Source: TPA_inf: Saccharomyces (lineage: Eukaryota). Taken from it: a stretch of DNA of 64,000 bases. Where the stretch lies: positions 1 through 64,000 of the forward strand of contig BK006938.2 of the NCBI GenBank assembly GCA_000146045.2, in the 5' to 3' direction. This document shows positions 34,237 through 46,270 of this stretch, piece after piece. The translations under genes and the position numbers were made by a program. A model generated the notes under the pieces. The model did not search any database, was not told the DNA's origin, and saw nothing but the letters and a program-made list of their open reading frames with translations. Every line of letters starts with the position of its first letter. Position 1 is the stretch's first letter.

Positions 34237-36477
34237 CTATTTAACGGAATTTTTGCTCCTTTGCCCTTCATGTCTTATGATAGGTTTTTTAGAAAGAAGC
34301 AGGGTCAACCTCTCGCTCTGACAAGGCAATACGCCGGTAGAGGATGAGGATGAAGAGGAGGATACGTTTTGTAAATCTCTTTCCATGACGTGCATCATTT
34401 TCTCAAACTTCTTGAACAAAAGCTCTGCTCTAACCATTAGGTCATTCCAATCCAACTTCCCGTTAAGTTCATTAAAAAATTTTAATATTTGGTCGAACTG
34501 ATTTAGATGTTGTAAAATAGCTTGTGAGTTTTTCTGTAGAATGGCCAACATGAAGAATAATTGGAATTGTGAACTGTAGTAGAAAGTCCAGAAATTCTCC
34601 CAAATGTGCATAATATCTTCCATTTCAAATTCTCTCTTGAACCATACTAGAAGCATTCGAAAGCAAAAGAACAAGTTTCCTGAATCACACTTGTTTAAAT
34701 GTTCGCTCAATTCGGGTAGCATTAATTGTACCAATTCCACGAGAGTTAACATTTGTTCATGGATGCCACTCTGGTCTCTTAGAAAATTTCTTTCCATAAT
34801 GTCCATGAAGTGCGTAAAACACCAAAACGTTTTCCATTCTTCCTTCATGATGACATAAATAGGCGATAAAAGATCGGTCATCCCCTGCACGTAGCCTAAG
34901 TTTGTGTTGTAGACATTATAAGTGATAAGAATGTTTTGTAAATGTATCAAATGTGGGTTCCTGACTCCATCGTCTGCATCATCGCTCTCGTCATTAGCGG
35001 ATTCGGGGCTGGTACTGTTATTTTCATTTGCTGGGAGTTGTTGTGGCGGTGGTGGTAATCCATCGATGGTATTGTATTGAAATATCTCCAAGTTTCTATC
35101 ACAGCGTCTCACATCTTTAGATATTCTGAATAATTGATCGTTCCAATATTCCTCTTCATCTTCATCGTCAAATTGTAAAAAATCTTTTGACCAGGTTAGT
35201 TTCAATTGATCGTATTCCGCGGCTAAAGTTTGATCGATTTGTACCCTCTCGTCTTGAGAAGAATCCCACGGATATATTTCTAAGAGAAAACCCCAAACTT
35301 TCCCTCGCAAACTGTCATTTTCTAACCCACCATGAAATATGAAATCCTTAACTTCGTTTACCGTGACCCTCAGCCTCCCATCGTTCTCATCCCATAGCGA
35401 ATTCCATTTCGCTTCCGTTAAAGGAAATTGTCTTTGCAGAGCATTATTTATTTCAGTATCACTTAATTCATCAGTTAGATTCAGGTCGTTGAAAATGTTA
35501 TTCCTATACGAATCAAAGAGTTTGTTCTGCTTTTGATACCTCTCAGCTTCCTGTTTTACTCCTAATGACCAGTTTGCCAAATACACTCTTGCAGAGTCAT
35601 AATCCTGTTCAATTTGTTTAACCTTCTCATTGTTCAGAAGCTTTTGCAAGTATTCATTGTCGATTTGTGATTTTTGTATGGGTGAGTTGTTAGTCAGCCA
35701 ACTATCGATAAAATTGGTAGACTTGGTAGTCACGTCTGCTATCTTGCTCATTACGTTCCATTTCCATTCTTGGAATTTCTCGTTTAGTTTCACACCGGCG
35801 GTAGCGAGTTCAGTTGTATCTTTCTTCGAATTGTTATAACTTTCCAATAGATCCTTGGAAACGAAATTTCTCAAATCATTCAAAGAGGGATTTACTAACC
35901 AAAACTCTGGCTCTAAGTTTGATTTCTTGAGTTCCATCAGTTCGTTGATTTTGTTTCTCAAATCTACGCCACCCCAATACAATTCGTCCGAGTCATCAAA
36001 TGGGTTCATGGATTTGCGTAGTCTTTTTAACTTGTCCGTAGTTGATGGGCAGAGTTGGTCATGAAAGAACAAGACAGGAGGTTGAAAGCCCGTAAACTGT
36101 TCTGTCAAGGGATATATTACCAGAGATCCGACATACCAACCATTTGGACTAGGAGGCCTAAATTGGATGCAGTATATTTGTGAGAGAGAAATTTCGAAAG
36201 CTTGACCTAAAGAAGTATTGACCAGGTTACTAAAGTTTATTGAATTTTCAATAACAAATGGTGTAGAAGTTGGACATGTGCCCACTTTAGCTTCATGTTT
36301 TAGTAGTTTTGATATCTCTAATGTGGATAAGCCAGATTCTGGGATATATTGGAGAATTGCTTGGTGGGATAGCTTATTCGCTTCCAATGTGAGTAGCAGG
36401 AAACCAGCAATATTATCTCTAGCATCGCTTGTTGGGTGTAAGAACACTTTAGATTTGCAGAATAGTATCTTACTCAT
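34237..36477 (-). CDS. GYP7: TBC-domain Rab GTPase-activating protein (Ypt7 GAP), 746 aa
   Basis: ATG at 36477 (minus); TBC catalytic arginine-finger motif IxxDxxR (ISKDVRRCDRN) and glutamine-finger YVQGMTDL present; length matches YDL234C. Confidence 0.9.
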   Translation of the reverse strand: MSKILFCKSKVFLHPTSDARDNIAGFLLLTLEANKLSHQAILQYIPESGLSTLEISKLLKHEAKVGTCPTSTPFVIENSINFSNLVNTSLGQAFEISLSQIYCIQFRPPSPNGWYVGSLVIYPLTEQFTGFQPPVLFFHDQLCPSTTDKLKRLRKSMNPFDDSDELYWGGVDLRNKINELMELKKSNLEPEFWLVNPSLNDLRNFVSKDLLESYNNSKKDTTELATAGVKLNEKFQEWKWNVMSKIADVTTKSTNFIDSWLTNNSPIQKSQIDNEYLQKLLNNEKVKQIEQDYDSARVYLANWSLGVKQEAERYQKQNKLFDSYRNNIFNDLNLTDELSDTEINNALQRQFPLTEAKWNSLWDENDGRLRVTVNEVKDFIFHGGLENDSLRGKVWGFLLEIYPWDSSQDERVQIDQTLAAEYDQLKLTWSKDFLQFDDEDEEEYWNDQLFRISKDVRRCDRNLEIFQYNTIDGLPPPPQQLPANENNSTSPESANDESDDADDGVRNPHLIHLQNILITYNVYNTNLGYVQGMTDLLSPIYVIMKEEWKTFWCFTHFMDIMERNFLRDQSGIHEQMLTLVELVQLMLPELSEHLNKCDSGNLFFCFRMLLVWFKREFEMEDIMHIWENFWTFYYSSQFQLFFMLAILQKNSQAILQHLNQFDQILKFFNELNGKLDWNDLMVRAELLFKKFEKMMHVMERDLQNVSSSSSSSSTGVLPCQSERLTLLLSKKPIIRHEGQRSKNSVK

Positions 36478-36796
36478 CAGGGGATGTATGAATGACTCTT
36501 GTAGAACTTTGCCAATTTGTGCAACCTATATCTGAGAAACTGAATAGTATATTTGAGCACGATAAATTGATTTATATCTGACCAATTTATGGAAAGTTCT
36601 TAACTATTTCTTGCAAATGCGCCTCTCTTTATATAGAGCAGAACTTTGCCCCATATAGTATTGTTTAAGCCTCTCGGATTTCTTTTCTCATCTTGTGGGG
36701 CTTCCCGCCTGAACTAAAAATATTAACTATGGAGCAATAAAGACAACACTTGACACTGTTCATGGGGCAGAAGGAAAAGCAAAGATTATCTGCAAT

Positions 36797-38173
36797 ATGT
36801 ACCAAGGCCCACCGCAACCGCCTCCTCAAGCTGTGCCGATGCCTTACATTGTGAATAATAACACACCACCGTACCCAAATGGTAATATTAACTTTCCTCC
36901 CACCGCGCAGCAGAATATACCGCCCACGGTTTATCCACAACAAGTGCCATTTCCAGGTCAACCACAGGGGGGTCAATTTCCACAGCCTTCATCAGAACAG
37001 CAGGTGTTTAACCAGCTTCCACAAGTGACTCAAACTTTTCACAACTCTGCGCAGAATACGAATGCAACTGGGGGCCCTGGCAGCGGGTCTATGCCAATGT
37101 TTACGCCGGTAGCATCCTTTCCCCATCCCATGGCTACAGCAGCAACGGCAGCTGCTCCGTTACCACGGTCTGCATCCCAGGCATCTTTATCTATGTTACG
37201 GGTGCCGTATCATGTAAGAAAATACTTATCTAATTTGGCGATGTTGAAATTGTACGAAATAATAAATGAGGTGAATACGGCAATGGGTAAGATTGGCCTG
37301 CTTTCATTCTGGACAGAATTAATATCAGATATTTTTACACCTGATGCAGTTATAAGGTATAGTAAAAAGTCTATGACAGATTATAGAGAATTCGAATTTA
37401 TCATCCCAGTGTTCCCAGTTATTTGCTCTACATTAGGCAGATTTGGCATCGTTAGAATGGAAGTTAAGGTTTTACAATTGAAAACACAAGTTCTAAGTAA
37501 TTCTACGATTTTTTTCAACTGTCCTCGTGTCACATTTGTCTATTATTATCCTGATGGTTCATATATTACACATTTTTCCCAAATGAAAGGTGCTTTCGAT
37601 TTGGACTTGAAAATTAATTGGCTGGACGTATCTATGCATAGTTTTGTCCCTGATATTGAATGGAATGCAGTGGAACGGCTTTTGAGTGATGACACAAAGT
37701 CTACAGAAATTGAACAAATATTCCGTAAATTGAAACAAGAAGATGTCAAAGAGCAAGGGAATTCTTTTGCAGAAAATAATGCTACGAATGTTCCTCCGAA
37801 TTTTGAGGCCATCACTCAGCTGAGATCATATTTTGACGTATTCAGAAACGTCTCTGTGTTTGGCACTCAAGAAGGGTTGATGAGAGTCATGCAAATAAGT
37901 ACCGTTATGTCTACTTTGAAAAACCTTCGAAAGTTTCAAATTGAAAAGAACATTGATAGTCCCGTGACCGCCCTAAGTGCGTACATTGACGCCGACAAGA
38001 AGGACAGTGGAAGCGAGCCCTTGCACGCAAAGAGGCGACGCAACAGCGGTATCTCTCCTCGCACCACGACGTTGGGGCCAAACGGCAACTCCAATACAAG
38101 CAATGAAGAGCTTCCAACAAGTGATGTGAATGATATTAACAAAGACATGACAAAAAAGAAGATGAAGTTTTAA
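36797..38173 (+). CDS. MFG1: Q/P-rich nuclear regulator of filamentous growth, 458 aa
   Basis: ATG at 36797; low-complexity P/Q-rich N-terminal third, conserved middle domain, basic C-terminus with KRRR-like NLS; length and position match YDL233W. Confidence 0.8.
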   Translation: MYQGPPQPPPQAVPMPYIVNNNTPPYPNGNINFPPTAQQNIPPTVYPQQVPFPGQPQGGQFPQPSSEQQVFNQLPQVTQTFHNSAQNTNATGGPGSGSMPMFTPVASFPHPMATAATAAAPLPRSASQASLSMLRVPYHVRKYLSNLAMLKLYEIINEVNTAMGKIGLLSFWTELISDIFTPDAVIRYSKKSMTDYREFEFIIPVFPVICSTLGRFGIVRMEVKVLQLKTQVLSNSTIFFNCPRVTFVYYYPDGSYITHFSQMKGAFDLDLKINWLDVSMHSFVPDIEWNAVERLLSDDTKSTEIEQIFRKLKQEDVKEQGNSFAENNATNVPPNFEAITQLRSYFDVFRNVSVFGTQEGLMRVMQISTVMSTLKNLRKFQIEKNIDSPVTALSAYIDADKKDSGSEPLHAKRRRNSGISPRTTTLGPNGNSNTSNEELPTSDVNDINKDMTKKKMKF

Positions 38174-38486
38174 AGAAGGTAATTACCTAACGTCACCCAC
38201 TGAAATATTAAGAGAATTGCATGAATCTAGCAGAATGGGAATGTGACATGGTAGCAGCAACCGCAAGGTGTGGCATAGATTATAGTAGTGACAAAACTGT
38301 ACAATTACTATATAGTGAGATATAATACAATGGTTTATTCAAGATATATTAACCCCCGGGTAATGGACCAAATTTGGAAAAGTCTCGGATTCTCATAAAA
38401 GCTTAATAAATAAAGAGTATTTCGAAACAAACACGACAATTACACTTGCAAGTCAGTAGAGAAACCCAGTACAGAGCAAGCAAAAG

Positions 38487-38597
38487 ATGATCTCTGATGA
38501 ACAGCTGAACTCCTTGGCCATCACCTTCGGTATTGTGATGATGACTTTAATTGTCATTTACCATGCTGTTGACTCCACCATGTCTCCTAAGAACTAA
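38487..38597 (+). CDS. OST4: Oligosaccharyltransferase subunit 4, a 36-aa single-TM mini-protein
   Basis: Hand-translated: atg at 38487 gives MISDEQLNSLAITFGIVMMTLIVIYHAVDSTMSPKN then taa at 38595-38597. Absent from the ORF track because under 60 aa; sits where YDL232W is expected between MFG1 and BRE4. Confidence 0.9.
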   Translation: MISDEQLNSLAITFGIVMMTLIVIYHAVDSTMSPKN

Positions 38598-38866
38598 AGT
38601 GGTTACATTTGGATAGCGAACTTCAGTTTTTATTATACGTCGCTTTGTGTTTCTGCAAAACAAAACAAAACTACAACTACAAAGTACTGCGTTGGATTTC
38701 AATCAGTGCTACATTAATTTTTCTCCCTTTTTACTTCGTTTTACGCACAAAAATATACAGATAAATACACTCGAGATAAACAAGACATCTCCTTCCGCTA
38801 TTTTTTGTATAATTTAATATCATTATTAATAAAAAGAATTCCTATACATATATTCAAAAACAAATG

Positions 38867-41800
38867 TTAAAAGTTTTCTTCGCCCAGTATATCTTTTGCA
38901 CAACTCTCTACCTGGAACAAGGCTTCAGAAATATCCGTAAAAGCTCTCGCAAATGCAATGCCGTGAACCTCTGTCCAATGCATTTTTTCACTGTCTATTT
39001 CAGAGCTGTTCGCCACTGAAGGCAAGGGTAATTGTTGCTGCCCTGAACTTGATGCCTTCTGTTGGTATATTTTCTTGAATAGGTTCTTCTCCATAGAATT
39101 GCCTCCTGAATTTAAATTCGAATGTGATTGGTCCTTCATTTCACTAAATTTCTTGATGAAGTGGTAAAGTTTTTTACGTGACATAATTGGATTTGGCAAG
39201 TATCGCGGTATCTTGTTTTTTGATCTGAAACAATTGGATAAAATGTAAAAAACGAAAATCACTGATGAGACACTATCTCTTCGTAGCGATAGTAAGGCTC
39301 TCGTGGTTTCAATATCAAAATCCTGATCCCAAATTTCAAAAAATGCACCTGAAATTCTCGCTTCAATGATCTTAGATAACAAAAATTGGCATGAATTGAT
39401 TAGACTTGCGTACTTCTCAGGATTGAAGTTGGAAATAATGATTGGCTCATGACGGGCTTTCTTCAAAAGTTCCCTGATTGCTTCAAGACTTTGAGTCAGT
39501 CTAACTTCACGAATGTGGGAAAATGCGAAAGTTAAATCAGTAGGTGCGTCGTCGGCATCCCTGTATAAATACCGGTCCGCCACGGTTTGGTAGGACTGGC
39601 CCAAGTGTGCCAGTAATGATGACATACTATCTCTTAGTTCTGTCCTAGCTCTAAAGGGCCACACTATCCAGTTGATGGGAATCGAAACCAAAATACCGAT
39701 AATAAGTGCCAAGCCTGTAACCCACGTAGATTTCCATATTCCAGCGGTGGTTAAGTTATAATGTCTATTAGGTTTGCTGTATGGTTCAAGAGCAATTATG
39801 GTAAAGCACATTAATGCAGTGAAGCTCGATTTGGTGTTTCTATAGACAAGAAAGTTGATGCTAAATGGGACCACGATCAGACCAGCAAACGTGCAAACCA
39901 CGTATGGACTACCAAAATGTCTCGATTGGTTGGCAGCCCACCCCCAAAAGATACCTACTATACCACAGATTAATCTCCTCATTACCAACGCCCAGTTACC
40001 AGAGTATCTTCTATGTGCTAATAAGTAAAACGTGAGTGGGGCCCACCAACAATGAAATTCTTGGTACCAGTGATAGGATTCAGGTAGCCAAGTTGGTAGA
40101 CACAAAAATATCATACAAAAAGTAATCTTTAGTGTCCACTTACATTCATCACCAGATAAAATTCTACTCAATTTCCATAGTTTAAATCTCCAAGGATTTT
40201 GAGTTGTATGAAAATTGAAGTCGTTGTGATCAATTGCTCTGATGGAAATAGTGTGGTTTTTGCGATTCTGTGACTTTTCGTCACCACCTTGTGAATCAAG
40301 TCTCAGCGCTTCTTCTTCGCCTTTGTTATACTTGTGTCTTGACGTGTAGGTGTTATAAACTCTTTCAAAAATTTCATCGACATCACGTTTGGCCTCAAAA
40401 TAATGAAGAACATTTCCTGCACCTTCATCGAGAACACATTGTTTGGGCAATCTTGTCAACGCACGAGACAGTGGATATGATGGCAGAGCAATTCTCCAGT
40501 GAATATTCTCACCCAAAACTTGGCAATCGTGGATAACAGTAACTAGCTGCCTTGCGGAGTTTCTCAAATATCTTAGAAAAAGGAAAATATCGACAGACTC
40601 TTCGTCATTCAACAGTTCCTGTGAAAAAAAACTAGAATTCACAAAATCCCTGTAACAAACATCTAGTTTGTAAATTTTCCTCTTTAATTTAGAATGCGAG
40701 TGACTTAATATTTTGACACACTCATCTAAGTTGTTTTTTTGATTTGGAGACTCGTATTTCTTTAGTACTCTTGATAGATTTTCCAAAACGAAGATCATTT
40801 CCAGTATTAAGTTGAAGATGCTTTTCGAGAAGGACGCCTTTAATGCATTAATGTAGATTTCATTTTTTAAAAGCCCCGGACCGATAGGCTTAAAGGCACT
40901 GGGCGTGTTTTCTCTTGTTGGAATTCCTGAAGATTGAGGGCTAGCGCTTGCTTCTTTGCTCAGGGTCGCAGAATCCGATCTATACTTCTCCAATTCTTCA
41001 TACATCTTTTTCAATTCATCATCATTAAAAATTTTGGGTGCAATGGGTAATACTCTCAGAGAAGTTTCCATGGCAGTTAAAGAATTTCTTAAACTCTTCA
41101 ACGATTGAAGGTCAAACCTGGAAATTGTCAACTGATTTACAAAATCTCTAAAACCTTGAGATAAATCAATGTTTAGTGTTTTCACCATTTTTACTTGGGC
41201 TAGGTAAATTTGTTCTTTGGACTTTATTAATTCAGTATCTACTAGTGCCATTAAAAAGGTCTTTGTGGTCTGTAGACACTTGTTATAATGTTCCATTAAC
41301 TCTGCATTGCCACTATGTGGTGATACACATACACAAACCAAGAGAGATAGCAAAAGGCCGAAGAGATATGAGATTCCAAAATCCCAAAAAATTTGCCACT
41401 TCAAATCAAACTTGGATGAGGCCAACCGAACTGTATGAGTGAATATAATCGATATCGAAAACGAAGTTGTGAAATAGAAGAACCGACGGTAAACAGACCT
41501 TAGCCAGATGGCAAATAAGAGGGCCATAGTCAGACTCTGAAATAAAATTCCTCCCTGGTAGTTTGCGGTCGGCTTTGTCGCTGTGGAAATGTACCATGCC
41601 AAAGCCGACCATCCCAGGCCAAAACTTGCGCCGATAATGGAGCTTATAGTCATTTCCAGTTGAACACCAATATTTCTGACCGGATGATGTATAAGTACTG
41701 CGATGGGTAGAAAATACCTGAACTCATGGCCAATCCACCTACCAGAAGGCCTGATAACGCAAATCACGATAGCAATGAAATAAGCAATAAAAAACTTGAA

Positions 41801-42244
41801 TATGGATACCCCATTTTTTCTAATATCTCTAGGGAAATGAATAATGGGCCTGTAGATAGCAGTCCAAACATATTCGGAAAGCTTGGTAAAACCAGATTGC
41901 AGTTTTTTCCTTGCAGCGCCATTGTCGTCATCGATGTCGCTGTTAGGAGACCTAGCTTTGCTGTCCGGCTTGGTAAAAGCAGCATCAAAAAACCCATCTC
42001 TCAGCTCTTCCAGCCCAAAGTCCTCTACTTCCTCCCAGTGTTTGTCCTTAACCAAATTTTCCAGCCGCATTTGCGATAAGGATGCCACGGATTGTTGTGG
42101 GCTTCCTGCAAAGCTAAGCCCGCTTATACCGGCAGGATTCTTATAGTTAAGTTCATGTAGTGACCTGAGTGATGTTTGAGAGTATGAACCTTTCACAATA
42201 TCAGGATCAGGAGTGGGACTTCGATCTCGCTCATATCTTTTCAT
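38867..42244 (-). CDS. BRE4: Large polytopic membrane protein (brefeldin A sensitivity 4), 1125 aa
   Basis: ATG at 42244 (minus); 1125 aa with two clusters of predicted TM helices separated by a soluble region; length and position match YDL231C. Confidence 0.9.
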
Positions 42245-42699
42245 GAGGACCTGTTACAATTCCAGCACTATACTGTACATGCTTTCCTTAGTGGAGCACA
42301 AAGCAAGTTAAAAATGAACTTTAAATTGATTAAAGTGTTAGTGACGCTTAAACTCGTTTTCCTGCGCGTATTTCACGCAATCTATACATAATCATCTTTG
42401 ATAATGTTATATCGCCTTTCATTTCCAGATTTTGTTCACTGAAAAGTCTTATCGGAAACCTAACTTTGGGCGACAGGGTTATTGTTTATAATTTGTAGGT
42501 GTTCCATTTTTTTCTTTGTACTTTTTTAGGTTAACGTAATATTTAATTAGGTCATTTTTAGGGCGTTTAGTATTAGAAAAATTCATTTGTACACACTATT
42601 AAGAGGAAGGCAAACTATATTTACATTTTATTGAGGAAAAGGGTTCATCGAGGAGTTATCAAGAAAAGCGTTTGTTAGTAGTAGTTTGCGACAGTGGAG

Positions 42700-43707
42700 A
42701 TGGCAGCTGCACCATGGTATATTAGACAGCGTGACACGGATTTATTGGGTAAATTCAAGTTCATACAGAATCAAGAAGACGGCAGATTAAGGGAAGCTAC
42801 AAACGGAACGGTGAATTCACGATGGTCGTTGGGGGTCAGCATAGAACCTCGTAACGATGCTAGAAACAGATACGTTAACATTATGCCGTATGAGAGGAAC
42901 CGCGTTCATTTGAAGACTCTATCCGGGAATGATTACATTAATGCCTCGTATGTCAAAGTGAACGTGCCAGGGCAGAGCATCGAACCGGGCTACTATATTG
43001 CTACTCAAGGTCCCACGCGTAAAACTTGGGATCAGTTTTGGCAAATGTGCTATCACAATTGTCCTTTAGACAATATTGTCATTGTGATGGTCACGCCTCT
43101 GGTAGAATACAATAGGGAGAAGTGCTACCAGTACTGGCCTCGCGGTGGTGTAGACGATACGGTTAGAATAGCATCAAAATGGGAAAGTCCGGGCGGCGCC
43201 AATGATATGACTCAATTTCCCTCTGATTTGAAAATAGAGTTTGTTAACGTACATAAGGTGAAGGACTATTATACGGTCACCGATATCAAACTCACACCCA
43301 CGGACCCTCTTGTAGGACCTGTCAAAACTGTTCACCACTTTTACTTCGACCTTTGGAAAGATATGAACAAGCCAGAGGAAGTAGTACCCATAATGGAATT
43401 ATGCGCTCACTCCCACAGCTTGAATTCCCGCGGGAACCCCATTATCGTACACTGTTCCGCAGGCGTGGGCAGAACGGGGACGTTCATTGCCCTAGATCAT
43501 CTCATGCATGATACCTTGGATTTTAAAAATATTACAGAACGGTCAAGGCATTCAGACAGGGCTACAGAGGAGTACACACGGGACTTGATCGAACAGATCG
43601 TGTTACAGTTGCGCTCGCAAAGAATGAAAATGGTTCAGACAAAGGATCAGTTCCTATTTATCTACCATGCTGCCAAGTATCTTAACAGTCTTTCCGTGAA
43701 CCAATAG
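42700..43707 (+). CDS. PTP1: Protein tyrosine phosphatase, 335 aa
   Basis: ATG at 42700 (MAAAPWYIRQ); the track ORF begins on GTG 6 nt upstream, rejected. Catalytic CX5R signature VHCSAGVGRTG and WPD-loop-like YWPRGG present. Confidence 0.95.
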   Translation: MAAAPWYIRQRDTDLLGKFKFIQNQEDGRLREATNGTVNSRWSLGVSIEPRNDARNRYVNIMPYERNRVHLKTLSGNDYINASYVKVNVPGQSIEPGYYIATQGPTRKTWDQFWQMCYHNCPLDNIVIVMVTPLVEYNREKCYQYWPRGGVDDTVRIASKWESPGGANDMTQFPSDLKIEFVNVHKVKDYYTVTDIKLTPTDPLVGPVKTVHHFYFDLWKDMNKPEEVVPIMELCAHSHSLNSRGNPIIVHCSAGVGRTGTFIALDHLMHDTLDFKNITERSRHSDRATEEYTRDLIEQIVLQLRSQRMKMVQTKDQFLFIYHAAKYLNSLSVNQ

Positions 43708-43800
43708 ACAGCTATATAAAAGTTCCTAATTGTGCATTTTTTCAATAACAATACTTATTCATCCTTATAATTATATTCTAGCTTCGTTGTCATGGGAACA

Positions 43801-43910
43801 TAGCCCATACACCGCAGTTATTTATGATCATTTCGAACGGGAAGTATGGATGAATCTTTTTTTTTTTTTTTTTATAGCACGCAACTGAAAAAAAAAAAAA
43901 GAAAAATTTT
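43801..43910 (+). promoter_or_regulatory. SSB1 promoter elements: Rap1-like site followed by dT and dA tracts
   Basis: cccatacacc at 43804-43813 resembles the Rap1 core ACCCATACA; T17 tract at 43857-43873; A13 tract about 43888-43900; this architecture about 150-260 bp upstream of a highly expressed ribosome-associated chaperone gene is typical of RP-coregulated promoters. Confidence 0.4.
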
Positions 43911-44064
43911 TCATCTTCGCTCGACGTTTCTTTTGTAGTACTCATCTCTTTTTATATAAAGATTAATTAGTTATTGTCGCTTTGCTTTTCCTTCTTTAAA
44001 AAATGTTTCTTGCTTTTGGATTTTCAGATGTCCCAAGATCATTACAGTATTTTAATTGAACAAA

Positions 44065-45906
44065 ATGGCTGAAGGTGTTTTCCAAGGTGCTATCGGTATC
44101 GATTTAGGTACAACCTACTCTTGTGTTGCTACTTACGAATCCTCCGTTGAAATTATTGCCAACGAACAAGGTAACAGAGTCACCCCATCTTTCGTTGCTT
44201 TCACTCCAGAAGAAAGATTGATTGGTGATGCTGCCAAGAACCAAGCTGCTTTGAACCCAAGAAACACTGTCTTCGATGCTAAGCGTTTGATTGGTAGAAG
44301 ATTCGACGACGAATCTGTTCAAAAGGACATGAAGACCTGGCCTTTCAAGGTTATCGACGTCGATGGTAACCCAGTCATCGAAGTCCAATACTTGGAAGAA
44401 ACCAAGACTTTCTCCCCACAAGAAATTTCCGCTATGGTTTTGACCAAGATGAAGGAAATTGCTGAAGCTAAGATTGGTAAGAAGGTTGAAAAGGCCGTCA
44501 TTACTGTCCCAGCTTACTTTAACGACGCTCAAAGACAAGCTACCAAGGATGCCGGTGCCATTTCTGGTTTGAACGTTTTGCGTATCATCAACGAACCTAC
44601 TGCCGCTGCTATTGCTTACGGTCTAGGTGCTGGTAAGTCCGAAAAGGAAAGACATGTTTTGATTTTCGATTTGGGTGGTGGTACTTTCGATGTTTCCTTG
44701 TTGCACATTGCTGGTGGTGTTTACACTGTTAAATCTACTTCCGGTAACACTCACTTGGGTGGTCAAGATTTCGACACCAACTTGTTGGAACACTTCAAGG
44801 CTGAATTCAAGAAGAAGACTGGTTTGGACATCTCCGACGATGCCAGAGCTTTGAGAAGATTGAGAACTGCTGCTGAAAGAGCTAAGAGAACCTTATCTTC
44901 TGTCACTCAAACTACCGTTGAAGTTGACTCTTTGTTTGACGGTGAAGATTTCGAATCCTCTTTGACTAGAGCTAGATTTGAAGACTTGAACGCCGCATTG
45001 TTCAAGTCTACTTTGGAACCTGTTGAACAAGTTTTGAAGGATGCTAAGATCTCTAAGTCTCAAATCGACGAAGTTGTCTTGGTTGGTGGTTCCACCAGAA
45101 TTCCAAAGGTCCAAAAGTTGTTGTCTGACTTCTTTGACGGTAAGCAATTGGAAAAATCTATTAACCCAGATGAAGCTGTTGCTTACGGTGCTGCTGTTCA
45201 AGGTGCTATCTTGACCGGCCAATCCACATCTGACGAAACCAAGGACTTGTTGTTGTTAGATGTTGCTCCATTATCTCTAGGTGTTGGTATGCAAGGTGAC
45301 ATGTTCGGTATCGTTGTTCCAAGAAACACTACTGTTCCAACCATCAAGAGAAGAACCTTTACTACATGTGCTGACAACCAAACCACCGTTCAATTCCCAG
45401 TCTACCAAGGTGAACGTGTTAACTGTAAAGAAAACACTTTGTTGGGTGAATTCGACTTGAAGAACATCCCAATGATGCCAGCTGGTGAACCAGTCTTGGA
45501 AGCTATCTTCGAAGTTGATGCTAACGGTATCTTGAAGGTTACTGCCGTCGAAAAGTCTACCGGTAAGTCTTCTAACATCACTATCTCTAACGCTGTTGGT
45601 AGATTGTCTTCTGAAGAAATTGAAAAGATGGTTAACCAAGCTGAAGAGTTCAAGGCTGCCGATGAAGCTTTTGCCAAGAAGCACGAAGCTAGACAAAGAT
45701 TGGAATCCTACGTTGCCTCCATCGAACAAACTGTCACTGACCCAGTCTTGTCTTCTAAATTGAAGAGAGGTTCCAAGTCCAAGATTGAAGCTGCTTTGTC
45801 CGATGCTTTGGCTGCTTTGCAAATCGAAGACCCATCTGCTGATGAATTGAGAAAGGCTGAAGTTGGTTTGAAGAGAGTTGTCACCAAGGCCATGTCTTCT
45901 CGTTAA
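44065..45906 (+). CDS. SSB1: Ribosome-associated Hsp70 chaperone, 613 aa
   Basis: ATG at 44065 ([21 protein letters not shown]); track ORF starts at a TTG, rejected. Hsp70 signatures IDLGTTYS and DLGGGTFD present; very strong codon bias; SSB2 is on chrXIV, so SSB1 is assigned by position between PTP1 and HO. Confidence 0.95.
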
Positions 45907-46270
45907 GACTGCATTCATCACATATATATGAATATTACTTATATTGTATATAAATTTTGTTTTCTCTTAACTTTGTATCCTTAATAAAATAAAATTCACA
46001 AGTATCACAATTAAAATATTTGTTTTTCTTTCGCGTAAATATTTAGCTTGATAACTGTTACTGATATGTCTGAGGAAAGTTGATCAAGACCCAATAATAA
46101 TCTATATACTGGTTGAAACAAATCAGTGCCGGTAACGCTTTTTGTATCTTGAGATGGCGTATTTCTACTCCAGCATTCTAGTTAAGAAAAAGTCTAAAAA
46201 TGGTTTTTTTCATCCAAAATATTAAATTTTACTTTTATTACATACAACTTTTTAAACTAATATACACATT

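Noticed and set aside
44104-45921. Antisense ORFs over SSB1, including a 214-aa frame corresponding to the dubious YDL228C
   Set aside because: Explained by extreme SSB1 codon bias removing antisense stops; the products are compositionally biased with no motifs.
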